From NCBI RefSeq assembly GCF_947568905.1, contig NC_079169.1, forward strand, positions 88,350,001 to 88,414,000: DNA of 64,000 nucleotides, in the 5' to 3' direction. The translations under genes and the position numbers were made by a program. How positions within the stretch are numbered: the stretch's first letter is position 1; every line of letters starts with the position of its first letter. Positions 24,775-35,800 of this stretch are shown here, piece by piece. This DNA comes from Ostrea edulis. Its lineage: Eukaryota. The notes below the pieces were generated by a model. That model had not been told where the DNA came from. It searched no databases and saw only the letters and a list, made by a program, of their open reading frames with translations.

Positions 24775-25445
24775 GTCTAGCTCATTAGGTTAACATGTCG
24801 ACTACTGATCTGTAGATTGTCTAGCTGGGTAGCTCAGTAGATTAACGTGTCTGCTACTGATCTGTAGATTGTCTAGCTGTGTAGCTCAGTAGATTAACGT
24901 GTCGACTGCTGATCTGTAGATTGTCTAGCTGTGTAGCTCAGTAGATTAACGTGTCGACTGCTGATCTGTAGATTGTCTAGCTGTGTAACTCAGTAGATTA
25001 ACATGTTGACTGCTGATCTGTAGATTGTCTAGCTGTGTAGCTCTGTAGATTGTCTAGCTGTGTAGCTCAGTAGATTAACGTGTCAACTGCTGATCTGTAG
25101 ATTGTCTAGCTGTGTAGCTCAGTAGATTAACGTGTCGACTGCTGATCTGTAGATTGTCTAGCTGTGTAGCTCAGTAGATTAACGTGTCGACTGCTGATCT
25201 GTAGATTGTCTAGCTGTGTAGCTCAGTAGATTAACGTGTCCCCTGCTGATCTGTAGATTGTCTGGGTGGGTAGCTCAGTAGATTAACGTGTCGACTGCTG
25301 ATCTGTAGATTGTCTAGCTGTGTAGTTCAGTAGATTAACGTGTCGACTGCTGATCTGTAGATTGTCTAGCTGTGTAGCTCAGTAGATTAACATGTTGACT
25401 GCTGATCTGTAGATTGTGTAGCTCAGTCAGTGAACATGTTGACTG
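24775..25445 (+). repeat. 52-bp minisatellite (~12 copies) resembling the 5' half of a tRNA/SINE head
   Basis: Unit tagattgtctagctgtgtagctcagtagattaacgtgtcgactgctgatctg contains an A-box-like TAGCTCAGTAG and no B box. Confidence 0.8.
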
Positions 25446-25481
25446 CTGAACTGTCAGTCATGGTTCAAGTTTGTCTGGTTT

Positions 25482-25498
25482 TTTATGCCCCCGAGATT

Positions 25499-25542
<44 letters not shown>

Positions 25543-25543
25543 T

Positions 25544-25578
<35 letters not shown>

Positions 25579-25678
25579 AAGTGATAGAGCTTTGATATTT
25601 CACATGAGTATTCATTGTGACAAGACCTTTCTGTGGGTACCAACATTTTTGATCCGTTGACCTTGGAGTATGACCTAC

Positions 25679-25718
<40 letters not shown>

Positions 25719-25724
25719 AAGTGA

Positions 25725-25760
<36 letters not shown>

Positions 25761-25943
25761 CAAGACCTTCTCTTGGGTATTAAACCTTTTGACCTTGACA
25801 TTTAACTTACTTTTAATTTTTTTTACATTGGTCATAACTTCTAAATGGTAAATATTAGAGCTTTCATATTATACATGAGTATTTCTTTTGACAAGATCTT
25901 TCTACTGGTACCAAGATATTTGCCCTTGTGACCTTGGCCATCT

Positions 25944-25994
<51 letters not shown>

Positions 25995-25995
25995 A
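25482..25995 (-). mobile_element. Non-autonomous Helentron/HINE-like element with internal tandem duplication
   Basis: Terminal hairpin tatgcccccgagattgaagatcggggggcata, (ctgt) microsatellite, duplicated ttgaaactttaaccttgctaataac block, ends catcttgtt. Confidence 0.65.
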
Positions 25996-26480
25996 TTAAA
26001 AGATTACTTTCAACTAAAACTGCATTTCAATCTAAATAACTTAAATTTGAAACTGTTTAATATCAAAATATTATTATGCATAACCTCCACTCTCCATTCA
26101 CTTTTGGATTTTCTGGTGTAGCATTCTTCCTTAACTTTCTCGGGTGTAGCATTCCTCCTTAACTTTCTCGGGTGTAGCATTCTCCTTGACTTTCCAGCCC
26201 TTTTTATGTCCAAACAAAGGAGCTTGGATTCTTTTTATATCAGAATTGTAATTTTGGTAGTTACTCTGAACCTTATCATATGACTTATAGCAGAATTTTG
26301 GGGATTCCAGTATTGATAGCTCGTGTGTGAACTCAGGGGTTATTCATGTGTCATAACCCTGAATGAAGTCATACACAGAGAGTTACGGTCGAAGGGATCG
26401 GCAGTATGCCATAATTAATTTTCTTGTCCTGGCCAGATCTTCTTTAGTCATCATCATCATCATCATCCATTTTGATTATC

Positions 26481-27887
26481 CAGGCCAAATTAATCCATTT
26501 GCAAGGGTGAGGCAGAGTTCCCGAAACTAGTAAAAAATCTGTAGGACAATTGTCCGGTAAATATTCAAAATTTACCGGACAATTGTGAAATTTACCGGAC
26601 ATTGTTGTTTTAAATAAAAAGAGATAAAATTAACATAGATCGGACTAATAATTTATTTCTATTTCCATTTCATGCACAGTTTGTTCAATTGCTCTGTCAT
26701 TAAAGTCTTCTGTCTGTTCGTTGTCAGAGTCACAGTCCGTCTCGTAGTCACAGTCATCTGCAGTCTCAGGGTCCGATTCAGCAACTGTTGTATTCTTAGG
26801 TTCCTCATCCTGTGTCACTTCCTGAATCATAATGTCTTCGTCTTGTTGTTCGCTGTTCTTGTTGCAAGTAGATCTAGCATAGGTCAATCTTCTTGGCTGC
26901 TTACTTGATGTCTACAAAATATGTTCATTATCATATATATATACGTGATTAAAATCGAAACTACCGAATAAAACAAAAATTAAACTATTACAATACATGT
27001 TATAATTACCATCCATTTATTAATTGCTTCTGTTGGATCAAAGTTCAAAATATCACTCGACTCCAGCTGAATAACCATGCAATCATCAAGGTGCTTGTTA
27101 CTCAAACGCTGTCTCCTGTTTGTCTTGGTCATTTTCATCTGGTTGAAGGAGGCCTCATTGACAACAGAAGTGGCAGGGAGTGTACGCAGTAAGTCCATAA
27201 CAGTTAGAATGTCCTGGATCTTCTAGCTGGTGCCTCCTTTGGATTCGTTTTCGTGGTCTCAAAATCCGTTGCATCTTTGTGAAAAGTCGACTTCTCATGA
27301 TCTAATAAAGCGCTAGTTCTAAAGTTATTTGAACCTTTCACAAAATTTATTGGATATTTTGACCGACCTTTCCCCGATTCCTCGTAAGAGATGCAAACTT
27401 TACAAAACATCATATATCCATCATAGACCAGCCATTTCCAATCATCTAGCCATTTCTTGTGGAATTTTCTTTCCCTCTTACTTCCTTTATCCCCATCATT
27501 GTCTTTCTGACTGTCTTTTTCTTTTCTTTTAGTACCTGTGGCACCCGAATTCCACTTTATTGGCCACATGCCCAATGTTGGTCAACTCCAATAGGAAATT
27601 GTCGTACGTGTGTAAAAAAAGAACCCGCGAATTTATCCAGATTAAAAAAACAAAACTACGCGTTTGTTTGGCTTTTCCCTCCACTTTTAATTAATAGTTA
27701 TTTTTTGTAACTAATAAAATGACTATTACATTTAGTTATATTTGTTCAGATGTTTTTAAATTTCAAAATAGTCCATAAAATCTGCCGGACATTTTGACCG
27801 ATAAAATTTGGATTTTGCCGGCCCCATTCAAAATTTATCGAGGATGCCCGATGGACCGGCGCGTTTCGGGAACTCTGGTGAGGCCTG
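26481..27887 (-). mobile_element. Internally deleted hAT transposon (ZNF862-like transposase: TTF-type zinc finger plus hATC dimerisation domain)
   Basis: 27204-27575 KFHKKWLDDWKWL...MFCKVC...FVKGSNNF...DHEKSTFH; 27010-27198 LPATSVVNEASFNQMKMTKTNRRQRL...; GT-AG intron 26912-27009; imperfect TIR cagagttcccgaaac at both ends. Confidence 0.8.
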
Positions 27888-27949
27888 GCTGTCCTGTCGA
27901 GGTCGAAGTTTGTTTTTCCATACTTGGCGATTCAGAGCCTTGATCCTAT

Positions 27950-28350
27950 CCAATCCTGTAGACTGTAGGTCTCGTTTTACTATCCAATCCTGTAGACTGT
28001 AGGTCTCGTTTTACTATCCAATCCTGTAGACTGTAGGTCTCGTTTTACTATCCAATCCTGTAGACTCTAGGTCTCGTTTTACTATCCAATCCTGTAGACT
28101 GTAGGTCTCGTTTACTATCCAATCCTGTAGACTGTAGGTCTCGTTTTACTATCCAATCCTGTAGACTGTAGGTCTCGTTTTACTATCCAATCCTGTAGAC
28201 TGTAGGTCTCATTTTACTATCCAATCCTGTAGACTCTAGGTCTCGTTTTACTATCCAATCCTGTAGACTCTAGGTCTCGTTTTACTATCCAATCCTGTAG
28301 ACTCTAGGTCTCGTTTTACTATCCAATCCTGTAGACTCAAGGTCTCGTTT
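27950..28350. repeat. 34-bp minisatellite (~12 copies)
   Basis: Unit actatccaatcctgtagactgtaggtctcgtttt. Confidence 0.95.
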
Positions 28351-31311
28351 TACAATGTCAGCTTTGGTCTGCCTGGAGCTCATTGACATTCAATGTACGA
28401 ACCTGCGATATCCAACCAGTACTACGCTCAATATGACCTAACCATCTCAGCCTACATGTCTGGAGAACATCAGTAATGTTTCTGATGTTAAACCGAGTAA
28501 TAAGAGACTCAGAGATGACATTCACTTCAGTCCTGAAATGATTTGTAAAGGTTGTGTCTCATGAATAATTTATACATTATCATATCCACGCAAAAATTAA
28601 GGTCTCGCAAAATAAAAGCCTTTTAAGCACCCCACCCATTTTTGCACCATCTGCAGGCCATAGTGACACTTAAGGAACACTTTTTTTCATTCCTTCCTCT
28701 GACCATCCTCTAGAATATTGAAACTATTAGAGATAGAACTTCAGATCTATTTTTAGCTTGTTGCAAGGAGTGTGGTCATTCATATGAAAAAAAGTCCACT
28801 TCAACCAAGTTTGAATGAAACTGGCTTTGTACAGTGTAGTTCTTGAGAAGTAAAGGGAAAAGTGAAAAGCTTTCCTACAGATAGATGATGAACAAGCTTT
28901 AATTAGAATTTAATGTAATCTAACTATTCCTGGTGCCACTGATTTTACAGTCTGTGGTCTGATAATTATTCAGTTCAAGATTTTTGCTTGCATGCATTAC
29001 TAGAACACTATAGTGCATATCTTCTATATATATCTGCTTGAAGATTGTACAAATTGTTTTTATTTAGTGTTGTATATGCATGCTGCCTTGTTTAACTTCA
29101 TTTCCAAATCTGTATAGTTCATAGTTTAAAGATGGTTATTATCCATTTCATTTCATGCATTGTTGATTAATTATATCATTAATGTACCCAAAGTCATGCA
29201 TTGTTTATCAAATTCTTAAAATGCCATTTTCAGTCAACAAAATGACAGTGGACAATAAACTGCTGAATTTTCTGACTTCATAAGAAATGTTGCTTTATGG
29301 ACTGACATTTTTTCGCTTATTTCCTGATAATTCTCGATATCAAAAATTTAGTTTCTTCACATCAAATATTTGAATTCTTGAAGCTCGTATTTGACACAGA
29401 CCTTGCTTTTGACCTAATAGTGTGTTGTATTCCTAGACTTAGTACATGAGAGGTAAAGTTTGAACAGATGAATGACTGTAAACATAGAACTTTACGTGCG
29501 GTACTTATTTCCGCGACATCCGCAGTCACTTGAAATCAGCGTAATTTTATCCCAGTGGACTTGAAGTATGTCAGCTATTTTCATGTAAGCCATAAGTAAG
29601 TTGGCGGAATTTTTTCATACCCATAGACCAAACCAAAAATGATAATCCATGAAATTATGACTCCATTGAATTAAATAAGTGTACAGTATTAGATTTCACT
29701 GGAATTTTTGCCAAATTAGGCAGAAATCAATCATATATAGCCCTTTCTTATAAAATGTTGTGTCAGTAAATTTCGGACAGTTTTATTTCATTTTCTTGAC
29801 TAGCTCATGCCCTCAAATTGTCCTGTCATTTATTTTCAGATTCATAAGACCTAGATCTGCAGATGACAATCCTGCCATTGTGACTGTTTGACCTAGATCT
29901 GCAGATGACAATCCTGCCATTGGGACTGTTTTAGACTTTGGGATGTGTTTTACTGTGTCATTACACTATTTATTATGTACAGTTTTTTACTCTACAATCT
30001 GTGATCATGATGAGCTCTCAGCTGTAAAGGAAGAACTGATTGCAGCAATTGGTTTTTTTTTATGTTTCTATAAATAGAGTGTTTCACATTACATGAATCA
30101 TTTCCATGTTTGCTCACAGTTGAGCAAGATCAAAAATTTTGAATGATGTATGATATATTTGAAAACAAAAAGTATATGATATCTAATATTCTTAGACTAT
30201 TAAAATTTGGAAAATCCCAGTATTGATTGCCAAAATGAAACAAAAAAGTGACTTCGCTTCTTCTGGAAGGCATTGACCAGAGGATTTTCCCATTTGGTTA
30301 TTAACTGTGTAATGCAATTTATTTAATGTGTACCTATCCGAGAAAGAATCATATAATAAAGAAAATATAGAAATAGCCAAGTGGGTATATCGTTTACTGC
30401 TATTGGTGCAAGTCATGAAATGCATAACTTTTTGTCCTGATATTTATCTTCAATTTAGGTAAAGTATAGCATTCAAAATAGGACTGATAGAGTGCATCCC
30501 ATAATGCAATTTCAAATCAAGATTGACCAATGTCGAGTTTGCATTGTTTTACTGCTGGCACCAAAGTTTTGTTTATTTATGAGATGTAGAGTTATCTACC
30601 CTTTTCGAATACTGTAAAGCAACTTTTATTCATGTGCGAGGAATTTTCACGAGGTTTGCAAGAATTTCATCAATGCGAATATTTGTTGCCGCAAACCAGA
30701 CCTTTAATGTCTTTCGTATGCTTAAGATAATCTTGGTTCTTTCATATGCTTAAGATAATCTTGGTTCTTTCATATGCTTAAGATAATCTTGGTTGCGAAA
30801 ATTAGTCGCTGGGAACCAGTTTATCACTAGTAAATCGTGAAATAAAGTTGTCACAAATAAAAGTAATGATTTGATACTTTTAGTGTTTGGGAACAAAATG
30901 TTGGATTTTTGGTGTTATATTTTTTGTGTTTAGCATTTTCATCACTAAATCGCTCCCTGCATTATTTTTAAATTGCTACGTCAGTAATGTAATCTTTTGG
31001 GTACTTAAAATATTTTAAAAGTTGTTACATACAGCATTTAATATGAAACACTCTGTGTATATTCTATATTATTGTACATACTTGTATGATGACTATTTGA
31101 TAAGTGATGTATAAAGTATTTTAGTTTTGTTTATATATTAAAGGTCATTGATAAGTGTTTTATATAGATTGTAGGAGTACGTGCACTAAATGGCATGCGC
31201 ACAGCAGGGAATTATCCCCCACATCCAACACAAAAATGCCTCCTGCTACTAAACAAACATGAAATTTGATGTTGAGAGGTTCGTAGGTTATAATACTTAC
31301 CTGAGTTGCTT

Positions 31312-31394
31312 CATCTTCGGAAGTCAAGTGTTTTCGGTCCGCTTCGCATTTGTGGGGAGCGAAGCGGACCGAAAACACTTGGCTTGCGAAGATG
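31312..31394. mobile_element. 83-bp hairpin MITE with 9-bp TSD
   Basis: 36-bp TIRs CATCTTCG..CCGCTTCGC (2 mismatches); gagttgctt at 31303-31311 and 31395-31403. Confidence 0.85.
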
Positions 31395-31449
31395 GAGTTG
31401 CTTTGGCCTTGCTGTTCTTCATAAGAAGATTTTTAAAAGATCTGTACCC

Positions 31450-31729
31450 TCTTCATTCTTACAAAAGATTTTAACCCGTGACACCCCCAGCCGTACAAGG
31501 CCACGGCTACCTTTGAATCCACACAACATGGGGATGTGTATATATGATAATATAATAATATTACTAACATGGACCTCTGTGTTTTGGAGATTTTATTGTT
31601 GATATTTATGTGTTGTGTAAAATTTGATCCCCTATTCTAGCCCCATTCTTAAAAAATGAGTCCACACAACTTTGGAATACGGCTGGGGGTGTCACAATAT
31701 GGGGTTAAAATCTTTTGTAAGAATGAAGA
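31450..31729. mobile_element. ~280-bp MITE with ~46-bp TIRs
   Basis: tcttcattcttacaaaagattttaaccc..gtgacacccccagccgta, with its reverse complement at 31678-31729. Confidence 0.7.
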
Positions 31730-32239
31730 ATAAGTAATTTAGCAAGCTTTTGATTAAGGCACTGGGCCTAAGAAACTTGAGAACATTAAGTAATTTAGCA
31801 AAGTTTTGATTAAGGCACTGGGCTTAAGAAACTTGAGAACATTAAGTAATTTAGCAAGGTTTTGATAAAGGCACTGGGCCTAATAAACTTGAAAACATGT
31901 TCCTCCAAATCTGTTTACATGATTCCTCGTAGCCGTAATGCAAATTAACACGATTTCTGTTGTAGTTAATCACACCAAACTAGACAGTGATTCCTAATTT
32001 AATGTTCTGCCCTTTGGTCTGTATTTCTAATTGCAATCTTTGAGCGACTCGTGGAGACAGTGCTTTCAGAAGGTCCTTAGCTGGACTAGTGCTTGGTATA
32101 TCTAGATGATACAATTGTTGTTGACAATTGTTTGGAGATAGAGATGTATTCAATCAATTGTACCAGGTTGGCCTTAAGCCCAAGGCGGAATAATGGAACC
32201 TATTTGCAAAGAAGGTATCATACCTGAGACATATCACAG

Positions 32240-34618
32240 GAGGGTTATACTTCTTGGATAGCTGTCCTTTCAGTATCGCCTCGTGACTGCGGAGTCTGCA
32301 TGTGGATGCATAGTTTTCCACACTGCGGACAAGCTATGTTGCAGGATGTGCTCTGCTGTCTCTCATTTCTTGCCTGACGTTTCACTTCCAGGCCATCAAC
32401 ACATTTGGTTTCAAAGAACTTGACGCCTTTGTTGACCACAGTCCTTCATGCGTCATGGTCTTTGGCCAGGGACTCCCATTCATCAACTTTGCTGTCACAG
32501 GCTTTGAGAGCAGTATTGACTGCATCCTTGTGGCATTTCAAGGAAGCTCCTAGATTGCGTGTGCTCGTAGCAAGGCTGTTTGGAGATACGGTCGACACCC
32601 ATTCTCATCACTGGACCGGTCCATACGAGTCTTGATTAACAAAGCTTCGACGACAGGTAGATTTGCACGGTTTAACACCTGCATTGGTGATCCTGTCGTG
32701 CCACTTGATACCCATTAACTTTGATGGAATTGGTCCAGTTGCTTTATGTGGCACCTATATGGGGTCCAGGTCTCACAACCATACAGTAGTGATGTCAGGA
32801 CAACTGCTCTGTAGACGGCTACCTTAGTTTGCAGTTTTAGGCCGCACTCACTCCACAGTCTAGTCCAGGAGCGACCGAAGGAAGCACTAGCTTTGGACAG
32901 ACAACTGGATATTTCCTTATCCAGGCTACGATCAGATGTCACGCGACTGCCGAGATAGGTGAACACATCTACATTTTGCTACTGTATCTCCTGAACCTTG
33001 ATGCATGGCTCATGTGGCACTGATTGCAACTTGGCCTGGTGGAGTACAGGTAACTCTGATTTCTTGAGACTGATTGCGAGGCCAAATGAACCGCATGCCT
33101 CCGATAGGAGTAGACTAGACTTGGAGGTCGTCCTTGGAAGTGATTGCTAAGGCACAATCATCTGCAAACAGCAAGTCCTGAAGTAAAGCCTGCTGCACTT
33201 TGATCTTTGCCTTAAGTTTGCACAGACATGTCCATCTGATCTGTAGTTTATGGTGACTCTGCACTAGACTTGGAAAGAACTGATCGCAACATGACTGCAA
33301 ACAGGATGCTGAAGAGCCTTGGAACTATCACACAACATTGCTTCACACCATTGGTGACTGGGAAAAGTTCCGACGCACAGCCGGTTCCCAAAACTCTTGT
33401 CATTGTACCATCATGGAAGAAGCGTACCATGTGAATGAACTCTACAGGGCAGCCAAGTTTTGCTAGGATTGACCAAAGGCCTGTTCAAAAAACAGTGTTG
33501 AATACCTTGGTCAGATTGATGAATAGTTCTGTGAGCTTGGTGATGAGTACTTCCCCTTCATCTTGTATATCTCGGGGGGGGGGGGGGGGGGGGGGGGGGA
33601 TCCCGTCTGGTCCTGCCTCTTTTCCTGACAGTGTTTCACAGTCCTTCGTACCTCTTCCTCCGTTGGCTGGTCATCTAGACAGTTTATTGTTGGCCATTGG
33701 GGGATGCGGTTAATAGCCTCTTCATCAATGCTAGACGGTCTGTTGAGCAGCTTGTGAGAGTGTTTCGTCCCTCTTCTCAAGATTTCCTCCTTGTCCGTCA
33801 GCAGAGCACCCTCCGCAGTGCGAACAGGCGTCATGGCATGGGATTAAGGTCCATACACTGTTTGCAAGCCGCTGAAAAAGAGCTTGGTAACATGCATGTC
33901 TGCACATTCCTGCAACTCTGCAGCTTTTGCTTCCCAACAGCTGTCCTTCATTTGACATAGCTTGTTCTGGGCCTCTGCGCGTAGCCGCTTGTAATGGACT
34001 TCGTTGGATGCAATCTAATTAAAATCAGACTTCTTAGATCCGTGCCGTATACTCTACGTAAGTAATGTAGCGATTGTGAGCGTATTCTAGGATCTGATTT
34101 TAATTAGATTGCTTTGGATGACGAGTTCCTATCAGCTAACCAGGCTGCATGTTGACTGGATAGTAGGTCTTGAATCTCAGCAGCATTTTCATCAAACCAA
34201 TTATGGTGCTTTCTCCTCTGGATACCAAGAACCGAATGGGCAGTCTCCGGCACTGTGCCCCTGAAGTGTTCCCAGGTTTCCTCTGTGGTACCGTCAGCAA
34301 AGGTCAGACTTGCAAGTGAGTCTTGGAAAGCGATCTTCGGGTCTTCTTTTGTTACATCATTGCTGAAGCTACTCACATTTAGCTTCTTCCTACCCCCTGC
34401 ATCTCATGGGCGCTGACACAGCACTAAAAACCAACCGCGATCTCAGTAAGGTGCAGTCTGTCCAGCAATCCGTTCCTCTCATGGCTTTGGTCACACGCAC
34501 TTCCTTCAAACCACAGCGTCTAGTGATGACATGGTTAATTAAATGACCATGCTTCGAACGTGGGTGTGTCCAAGTGGTTTTGTGTTTCACTGAAAGCTTG
34601 AAATACGTGTTAGTAATC

Positions 34619-34671
<53 letters not shown>

Positions 34672-35352
34672 ACACAAGGTGAGGAGTAACATCCCGTTGG
34701 AATTTTCATTTACAATGTCATGAGGGCTTATGACGTCCTGTCCACGCCTCATGGTCGGATCCCACACGGGCATTGAAATCAGCATCAGCTTGTCTGACTT
34801 GGGAACTGTTTGTATAACTTCACCGAGGGTCTGATAAAAGGCCTCCTTGTCAGTGTCAGAGTTGCATTGTTGGAGTATATACACTGATGAATGTGATACC
34901 TGTGCTGTTGTTTATTGGGAGTCTCACCATCATGAGCCTGTTGTTGATACCCTTCGGTAACGATTGTAGCTTCCGGATAGCAAAGCCAACTCCCGCCTCT
35001 CTTGGCTCTTCCTTTGAATTTCCACTCCAGAAGAATGAATAACCGGCACCAGGTTCTGTCAGCTCACCACACTCAACGAAACGAGTCTCTTTTAGTGCAG
35101 CGATGTCCACTCCGTATCAATCCAGTTCTCGTGCAACTAACACCGTCCTACGCTCTGGTCTGTTACTGGAGTTGGTGTTTATCAATGGTCTAACGTTCCA
35201 GACACCAATGCAGAGTTTGTTAGATTTACGAACATGTCTTCTGTGATTCTTCTTTGCAATGTCTCGACTGTACAGTTGGATGTCCGGTAAACTGACAGGA
35301 TTCAAAAGGGCAAGTACTGGTTTGTATCACCGTTTCTAGACCCTTCCCCATA

Positions 35353-35386
<34 letters not shown>

Positions 35387-35720
35387 GGGCAGTGCTGTCC
35401 CTGAAAAAGGCTGCTCCGACATCAGGACAGCTGCCGAAAGTTGTCTTTGTCCTGGGTAGGCAGTCAGCGCCCATTCCACCATGATAGTCTGTGTGCAGGT
35501 CTGTGGCTAGCAGCTGGAAGCACCATGCCGTGTCTGCTACCGTCGTCACTCGCCCATCGCCACAGGGCTTTGAAGGTTGGCGACCTAAGTTCTGTGCAGT
35601 TGCTTGAAGTGAGACCTGCTTTGCGCGGAGGCGGACTCATTCACTTGGCCACATGCATCCGGGTCCAGGACATACAGGGTGTGACGTCCGGGTCCAGGAC
35701 ATACAGGGTGTGACGTCCGG
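32240..35720 (-). mobile_element. Near full-length but frameshifted RTE-clade (BovB-like) LINE: APE endonuclease plus RT
   Basis: IGVWNVRPL, VARELD, DIAALKETR, FWSG...GVGFAI, TWTHPRSKHGHLINHVI, GVKQ.CV..P.LF, LLFADDCAL, FTYLGS, LLYGCETW, terminal CPQCG; multiple frameshifts and microsatellite expansions. Confidence 0.9.
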
Positions 35721-35728
35721 GTGGAAAG

Positions 35729-35800
35729 ATGCGCTGCAGTGTCCGGCTGATGTTCCGTTTTCTTCCCGAGCAGAAAAGGCGTTTGTTTCCCAAAATGAAC
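35729..35800 (+). CDS. Candidate first coding exon of MRPL45 (mitochondrial presequence-like MRCSVRLMFRFLPEQKRRLFPKMN)
   Basis: ATG in a CpG-rich patch; Arg-rich peptide with few acidic residues; a phase-0 end fits the exon at 46951. The donor AAC|GTACTT is weak, so this is tentative. Confidence 0.35.

Noticed and set aside
30192-30425. Possible minus-strand coding exon
   Set aside because: No recognisable homology, and no consistent in-phase splicing with the 31300 donor could be built.
33575-35390. Long poly-G/C runs (also 13457-13479) as G-quadruplex elements
   Set aside because: Homopolymer expansions (e.g. inside the LINE GPDGIP motif); lengths are unreliable and nothing indicates function.
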